A stretch of 64,000 nt of DNA from NCBI GenBank assembly GCA_003693705.1, contig RBZT01000989.1, positions 9,656 to 73,655 of the forward strand, read 5' to 3'. Source of the stretch: Polymyxa betae A26-41 (taxonomy: Eukaryota; Protista; Endomyxa: Phytomyxea). Each line of letters begins with the position of its first letter. Positions within the stretch are counted from its first letter, which is position 1. The notes under the pieces are model-generated. The model had not been told where the DNA came from, searched no databases, and saw only the letters and a program-made list of their open reading frames with translations. The position numbers and the translations under genes are program-made. This document shows, in pieces, positions 57,496 to 64,000 of the stretch.

Positions 57496-59097
57496 ATGTC
57501 TAAGAGCAAATCTATCAATGAAGATCACATTGTAGAGCTTCAAATAGAGACTACTGATAACGATCAGGAGATCCCATTACCAACATATGTCATGATATTA
57601 TGTGCATCTATTCTATGTGTATTACTATTTCAGTCAATAACACCAGCAGAGAGCTATCTACATGAATATCTGCAAACATACAAACATATAGCTAAGGGGG
57701 AGATGCATCATAATGGTGATTATTATCACAATATATCATATATCTAATTACTAACATGTATTATGTATATAGTTTGGCCTATGTATACATATGCACATTT
57801 TGGTGCATTATTACCTATAACAATTGCTGCTGAAAGATATATACATTATCCACCTGTTGTTATATTCTGTAAGATTTTCTATTCGAGTTCATACTCAACT
57901 GAGCTGTATATGCAGCTATTTTATTGAGAATGACATCAAGCTTTATCCATGAGATGACCCCAGAGATGCATCTTTGGCCACATCAATTATCATTAGGATT
58001 ATTTGGTATTGCTTGTGCTGGCAAAGTTGCTTTTCGCTCATTTGCATATTCTGTACTTCCTACACGAGTTTATTTTGCAATGGTATGATATGTTGGAGAT
58101 CTACTTGTCATTATATGAACGAATCTCATGTTTTAGACGAGTTATATGAGAGGATTTAATTCAGCTGGACATGTAATTGGTGGACTTATTGGATGGATAT
58201 TAAAGAGATCGTCAGCTCAATGGTCAATATTCTTTCGAATTCAACAAATATGTCTAGTAATAGCATTAGTATCATTCTGTATTGGATTATATATATCATG
58301 GATATCATCAGTTCAGAATCAGAAAATATCAAATACTACCACTTCATCAATATTATATCATGATCAACTTCAATCTATTCCTCAAATATTCACATTAATT
58401 CGATCTCTCTATTCGTCTCCCAGCTTGGTTTTATATTCGGTTTGGATTATTATTGCTGGTGCTGCCTTTGAAGTTATCATGATGAATGCAACGACCTTAT
58501 TCCATAGTATTGATGAAACAGCTAAAGAGAATGGACTTGTCTTTGGAGCTGGAAAGCTCATAGCTTCTGTACTTACAATATGTTTGAGTAAATACTCAGA
58601 TATGCTGGTATATGCTGCTACCTGTTTCATTGATTTATTTATTAACAATGGTTTTTAGGAAAGGAATGGATTCGTTATTGTAATGACAATGTCTTGGATA
58701 ACATCTGCTGCTGTACTGACATCATATCTTTCTACTTGGATTATATCTGCTTATATATCATTTATATTCATATGTATATCATATGATATAAGTTTCTGTA
58801 TATCTATGACATTAATTGCTTCAAGGTAACAATGTGATTGAAGAGTTATGCATATTGTGTTATATCAACTCATATATGTATAATAGTGTTCCAACATCAG
58901 TTCGTGGAATTGTTATATTTTGTAATACTGCTGTCTCATTAGCTATACAATCTGCCATTCAAGGATGTCTACGTCTATTGTATCTTGATGTTTTCAATTA
59001 TTATCTAGCTTTAACCATCATCTTCATTGTCATCAGTGTTTCTCTTCATATTGGTCAATCTGGAATTAGACATTGTTCGACATCGTCAAATCAGTAA
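57496..59097 (+). CDS. SLC19 reduced-folate/thiamine transporter (MFS), multi-exon
   Basis: PAESYLHEYL...VWPMYTYAHF, multiple hydrophobic TM segments, ENGLV and GIVIFCNT. Confidence 0.75.
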
Positions 59098-59290
59098 TAA
59101 ACACACAGCAGTTTGGTTGTTGTATATAATGGGACATATGTCAGGTTAGTAAATATTTTCGATCAGTTCATTGAATGATCTATTACTGGATGATGTTTAT
59201 AGACAGAGATATGATTGATTTCCAGACCATGAAATATAGTTCTGGAATTGGGTATAATGCATCATGCATGCATGTACGATGGGTTATTTA

Positions 59291-60022
59291 TTAATTGTAA
59301 TTTATTGCATAATATACAAGTACAATACCTTTAGATATTTCTAAGATAATATAAACCATATGTAAGAGTTTTACATCAGGTTTAGCTTTATCAGCAACAT
59401 TCTTCTGGAGTTGCACATAACATTTACTCTCCAATGTAGATAAACCTAAATAACTCGATTATCAATGATCAAAGATGTGATGTACTATTGAGTTGATAAC
59501 CATATTCGTATTGGATTGCTGTAAGGCTTCTACTATAAGGAACTGAGAACGAAGTTGAAGGTTTGGGGTGGCAATCAGTAATTGATATAATAACTGAATA
59601 GTGATCAAACTTAATATAATGACATGATCATATTTCTGAATATGAATTAGAGTCTGGTATGATGTATTCAATAACAATGACACACATTACGAAGATAAAT
59701 GCCAAACCAAATTGATAAGGCTAGGCCAATTTCAGCACAATTTAAACCCTCAAATACAAACCTGCCAACATCCCAGCCAATATATTTCGGAAGGAATGGA
59801 GCCTGGAATTTCAACCAGCTCTGAAATACACAATCATCAAAAGACAAGATAAACAACCAGATGGAATACCTCAACAAATGAAATCGCAAGAATCATGCCA
59901 ACCCATATAAAAGCGATATTCGGTAGAGATTTCGTGAAAATATTGATGATGAGTCCAACAGACCCAGTCAATGTAATTAAGGCCATGCTATGTTTATTCG
60001 ACAGAGCTCGATTGAGTGACAT
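59291..60022 (-). CDS. Small multi-pass membrane protein resembling a bacterial DUF4149-like family (3 introns)
   Basis: FIWVGMILAISFVE-SWLKFQAPFL...VGRFVFEGLNCAE and C-terminal HMVYIILEISK after splicing. Confidence 0.7.
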
Positions 60023-60209
60023 TGTCGAACAACCGATGATTTGGTTCTGCTGATGGCCCTTTATCCCTGAGGCAATAAGAAGGAATCATATTCCCTCTAC
60101 GGAGTTCGCAACTTTTCTTCAGAAAATCAGAAACGCTCATGTCATGGACTCATGATCGGATGATCCGTTCTGACATCCTTCAGTGACGTTACACAAAATA
60201 TCCGGTATT

Positions 60210-60316
60210 TAGGGGTGGCAACGAATCAATCACAACCGGGTGCAAACCGATTGAAACCGGTTCGATCAGTTTCAGTGTTTTGCTAAACCGAGTCAATCCG
60301 GTTTGAACCGGTTTTG
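60210..60316 (+). mobile_element. Putative hAT-like transposon/MITE left terminus with subterminal AACCG repeats
   Basis: TAGGGGTGGCAACG followed by about six (A)AACCG/CCGGTT motifs. No matching right TIR is present in the window. Confidence 0.45.
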
Positions 60317-60691
60317 ACAGAACTCACCAGAATGTTTTCCTTGAAACGCAAAATTTTATATCAATAATACATCTAACAATTGCGCGCAATGTTGCGAATT
60401 TCGGAGTTACGGTCTTTCTAGCTCAGATACAGTATTCAAAAGTTTCTAATAAGGCCCTGGGGAATTTTGTCAGGGTCCAGGGTCTTAGAGCAGACCCACC
60501 GCGGCGGCTATTTTCCCGCAGTTTTTGAAACTGCCGGCATTTCCATCGCGCAGGTGGCGCGGAACCGATATCGCTGCCGGCCAAATGAAGAGCGCGGCCT
60601 GAAACAGGTTGCGCGGAGGCCTCGCACGCAGTCCGTACTGCCGTTTTTGGAGAGTAGTTTCCTTCTGGGATCTGTCGTCACTGTAATTTCA

Positions 60692-61493
60692 ATGGAGGTC
60701 AATGCTGCAGCAAATGGCTTTGCTGGCCCAGACTCTGCCCCAAAACGGACATCTCGTGGCCCCGGTTTCAAACCGAATGAGTCCTTGGCGTTGGTTAGTG
60801 CCTGGAAGGTTATTACGATGGATCCGATTAGCGGCGCTGACCAAGCAGGATCCACGTTTTGGCAGCGGGTATGCACCCAATATAACGAAGAGATGGCCGG
60901 CGAGCTCACGATTGAGCGAACGGCGAATTCTCTGGAGAGCCATTGGGGAGTACTTGCCAGAAACGTTCAGAAAGTCGCAGGGATTTTGAACCAGCTCTTG
61001 AATAATTTGAGATCAGGCGAAAATGAGCAGAGCGCAATTGAAGAGGCAACGAAACGGTTCTTTATTGCCACCAAAAAACAGTTTAAGTATATGGAGGCCT
61101 TCTGAAATTATGCCCGAAGTTCTCTCTTTTTGAAAAAACGTCTGGTTATCCAAAGCCAATGTCGAGGCAGGAGGACCCGAAGGTGATGGCCCGTTCAAGA
61201 CACCTGATCGTCCTATTGGACAGGCGGCTGCTAAGAAACGGCGCAGAGAAGGGTCTCCTCAGATTGAGGAATCGTTTGCTGAACGAGGCAAACGCATTAT
61301 GGAGGCAGCTGAGAAGATGGCGGGTGCTGCCGAAGAGCGACGAAGGCTGGCTGAGGGACGGAACATGCTTATGTTCTTTGAGCAGGATCCACAGTCCGCG
61401 GAATCCACAGAGTTTTTCCAGCTCCGGCAGCAACATCTGAGCAAGCTCAAAGAAACAATGGGGTGTAATACTCAGGGACAGTTTATACATTGA
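60692..61493 (+). pseudogene. Harbinger Myb/SANT-like (NAM-associated) DNA-binding protein, disrupted
   Basis: RGPGFKPNESLALVSAW..DPISGADQAGSTFWQRV..RTANSLESHW. A TGA lies at 61103-61105 and a frameshift near the A-run at 61133-61138. RPIGQAAAKK follows in another frame. Confidence 0.85.
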
Positions 61494-61494
61494 A

Positions 61495-62763
61495 TCAATC
61501 GTCCTCGCTGTGTTCACCTGCGGATGTCCAGATGTGCTCGATCAGATCCAACTGTAGTTGAGTATATTTCCGGGTGCACTGTAACTGGACAATCTTTGAG
61601 CGCTGAGCAACCCAGTCGTTTGGAAGTGAGATGCGCGGCCTGATGATCGGAGCGACGTACTCCTCATCGTCGAACAAATACTTGTTAGACAGATAGCGAT
61701 CACGTTCATTCTCAACCACCATGTTGTGGATGATAATGCAGGCGATGATTACAGAGCGCATCTCGTCACTGTTCCAGAGTTTGCAAGGAGTATCGAGTAT
61801 GCGGAATCTAGCCTGTAAAACTCCAAACGCACGTTCGACATCCTTACGTACGTCTTCTTGCCTCTTAGCGAACACACGATCCTTAGCTCGAACAGGATTG
61901 GAAATAGTTTTCATGAATCCTGCCCAATCGGGATAGATGCCATCCGCCAGGTAATAAGGCGTATGGTATTGTGTGTTGTTCACTTCGAATGAAACATCTG
62001 GCAAAGTTCCATCAACGAATGCCTGAAAAACGCTTGACTTGTCCAGTACATTGATATCGTTGCATGATCCTGGAATACCAAAAAAAGCGTGCCATATCCG
62101 CATCTCTCCCGATGCGACGGCTTTTAAAATGACTGTAGGGTATCCATAACGGCTTCGATACTGTCCCTGCCACGCTTTAGGGTAGTTTTTCCATGCCCAA
62201 TGCAATCCTCGAGCAGCATTCATCTTGAATATTCGCTCCATATCCTCTGAAGTTGGTGATCTCAAATATTGTTCCCCAAAAACTGCAATCACTCCCGAAC
62301 AAAAACGCTTTAAACTCTCCAAAGCCACCGTTTCCGACAATTCAAGGTTTTCCTCAAGGGAATCTGCTGGCGTGGCGTAAGCTAACAAGCGAATTGCTGC
62401 AGTTACTTTGAGATAGCTAGAGATTCCCAATTTTCCCAATGCATCGGGTTTTTGTACAAAATACTGGTCATGGAGAAGCAGCGCATCGTGAATCCGGATG
62501 AACAGATCCTTGCACATTCGGAAACGACGTCGAAAATCTGCTTCAGGATACAATGGATTTTGGGCGAAATAATTTTTCCATAAACTTTCATGAGCTTGCT
62601 CGCGATTTCTAAGAATATTGCCATCCTTTCCTGGCAATGAACCGCCTCGGGGACCAGCAACTGGACCCTGTAAACGGAATTCATCCTCCAATTGTTGGTA
62701 TTGGAATAGAAGCACCGAGAACTGCTCTATGTCTTCGTCAGAGGACGAGTCAATGACTCTCAT
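61495..62763 (-). pseudogene. Harbinger DDE transposase: ORF open but lacking the first catalytic motif
   Basis: FRRRFRM, LLAY, WHAFFGIPGSCNDINVL, YYLADGIYP, RKDVERAFGVLQARF and ACIIIHNM are present. ARG is joined directly to LHWAWKN, so the FPGMLGSIDCM motif is missing. Confidence 0.88.
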
Positions 62764-62904
62764 TGTACGATAAAGGAATAGAAATCCAAAATGGCAGCCT
62801 CCGCGCTGGCACCCCCACGCACACAGGCTGCCTTTTTTCTGCGCGCAGCCCTTTTCGCAGCAAAAGTAGCAGCCGGGATAGTCACCGCGGTGGGTCTGCT
62901 CTTA

Positions 62905-63301
62905 TAATGCTATAAATGACTTGGCCTGTGTACGGCAGAAACAGGCAGGATTCAAGAAAAGTATGGAGCCTGTACTTAGTAATTCAGAGACTGAGGTTAT
63001 CCAAAGCAGTATTGATAAAGCTATGGAAAGAGCAAGTCATTCTGGTTTAGATAAACAGTGGATTTCTAAGTTAAAAACATTACTCTATAAGTACACTGAT
63101 GTATTTAGGGTTAAAACGGGAGCAGATTTTCCAGCCAAAGTTACTCCATTTAAAGCAAGTCTTAAACCGAATGCTAAACCATATAAATGCAAACCTAGGA
63201 AGTATAGTCAGGAGCAAAGTCAATTTCTTAAAAATTTTACGGATGACTTAGTTGCCAATGGTTTGATTTATGAGAATCTCAATTCTGAGTGGGCTTTGTA
63301 A
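62905..63301 (+). mobile_element. Ty3/Gypsy pol fragment (region just upstream of the RT core), truncated
   Basis: LKTLLYKYTDVFR...LKPNAKPYKCKPRKYS..FL..LVANGLIYEN..SEWA, then an abrupt stop where SP would follow. Confidence 0.75.
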
Positions 63302-64000
63302 GATTACCACCTGTGACGGGGAGCGGCCTCCTCTTGTTGGTTGCGCCACCTCCAACTGTTGACGACTTGACGGTCGTACCCGACATATACGATGCGATTG
63401 ACTACCTTTCCTACAGTCAAAGCGACCTATTTGAAGTCTGTCATAGACAGACGAAAAGATCTGGAAATAAAGACCTATTTTTATTCGGGAAAATTTAAAT
63501 TGACCTACCGTCGCGGACATCTTATCTGTCATAAACCGACCGGGATGGTGCAAATTGAATCCAAAAGTGCGTGCCCAAAAAATCATTTTGCGTGAGTGCG
63601 CATTAAATTTGCGATCGCAAAATCCCAGTTTTTTATCTATTTGCTCTCTCTATATCACCACAACGGATTCGTTCGGTGACTTTTGAACTTGCGGACAGCA
63701 CGCTCCATCTCTTTGACTGTTAAACTCTGCATTTTCTCCCCAATGATCCATAAATCAAAGTTATGAACAGTTAAGCAAACAAATATCATTATGCCAAAAA
63801 TTTCCAACCTAAAGCATTTTCGAGCAAATCGGCGAATCAGGATAATGGAAACAGAAGATAAAGCAAAGGGTAATTTTTGACCAAACCGTTAAAAGAATAA
63901 TTGCAATGCAAACGTGTGTAGAGTTTAACAGCACCCCAAAACATTGCAATGAAATCAAATTCGCAATAATAGCAGCTAAGCCGCCTTCTGATCCTAAATC

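Larger units (their letters stand above)
60488..62901. mobile_element. PIF/Harbinger DNA transposon, full length (2414 bp), disabled
   Basis: Perfect 17-bp TIR GAGCAGACCCACCGCGG (24 bp with 2 mismatches), TTA target-site duplication (60485-60487 and 62902-62904), and convergent Myb/SANT-like and DDE genes. Confidence 0.95.

Noticed and set aside
60467-60691. N-terminal extension of the 212-aa ORF
   Set aside because: It starts at a TTG outside the TIR and reads through it. The likely start is ATG 60692.
63289-63621. Short ORFs and a 14-bp palindrome TTTGCGATCGCAAA
   Set aside because: No recognisable homology, and a single palindrome is not enough to call a feature.

Overview
This is a gene-dense, intron-rich eukaryotic window. 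Most introns are short GT-AG introns of about 45-65 nt, so the ORF track is badly fragmented. The architecture suggests a compact protist genome; a plasmodiophorid/Phytomyxea origin is plausible but is inference only. About 21 host genes were reconstructed by eye: a CHD6-9-type remodeler, midasin (~16.5 kb), a two-repeat hypothetical protein, FDXR, a Ser-rich ORF, a TPR protein, COG8, an HMG-box x4 + SAM protein, PRP17/CDC40, a chromodomain protein, PI4K-beta, an F-box/LRR protein, a small coiled-coil protein, an RsuA/RluB-type pseudouridine synthase, a Cys-rich hypothetical protein, a PARP6/8-like mono-ART, mitochondrial L27, an OTU deubiquitinase, SKA1, an SLC19 transporter and a bacterial-like membrane protein. 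Mobile DNA includes a 5'-truncated chromoviral Ty3/Gypsy element (minus strand, ~35.8-38.8 kb) that ends ~65 bp from the start of the HMG-SAM gene. At the right end is a TE cluster: a hAT-like terminus, a complete but disabled PIF/Harbinger element with TIRs and a TTA TSD, and a second Gypsy pol fragment. No rRNA, tRNA or CRISPR array was recognised. Gene boundaries are manual and need RNA-seq confirmation.
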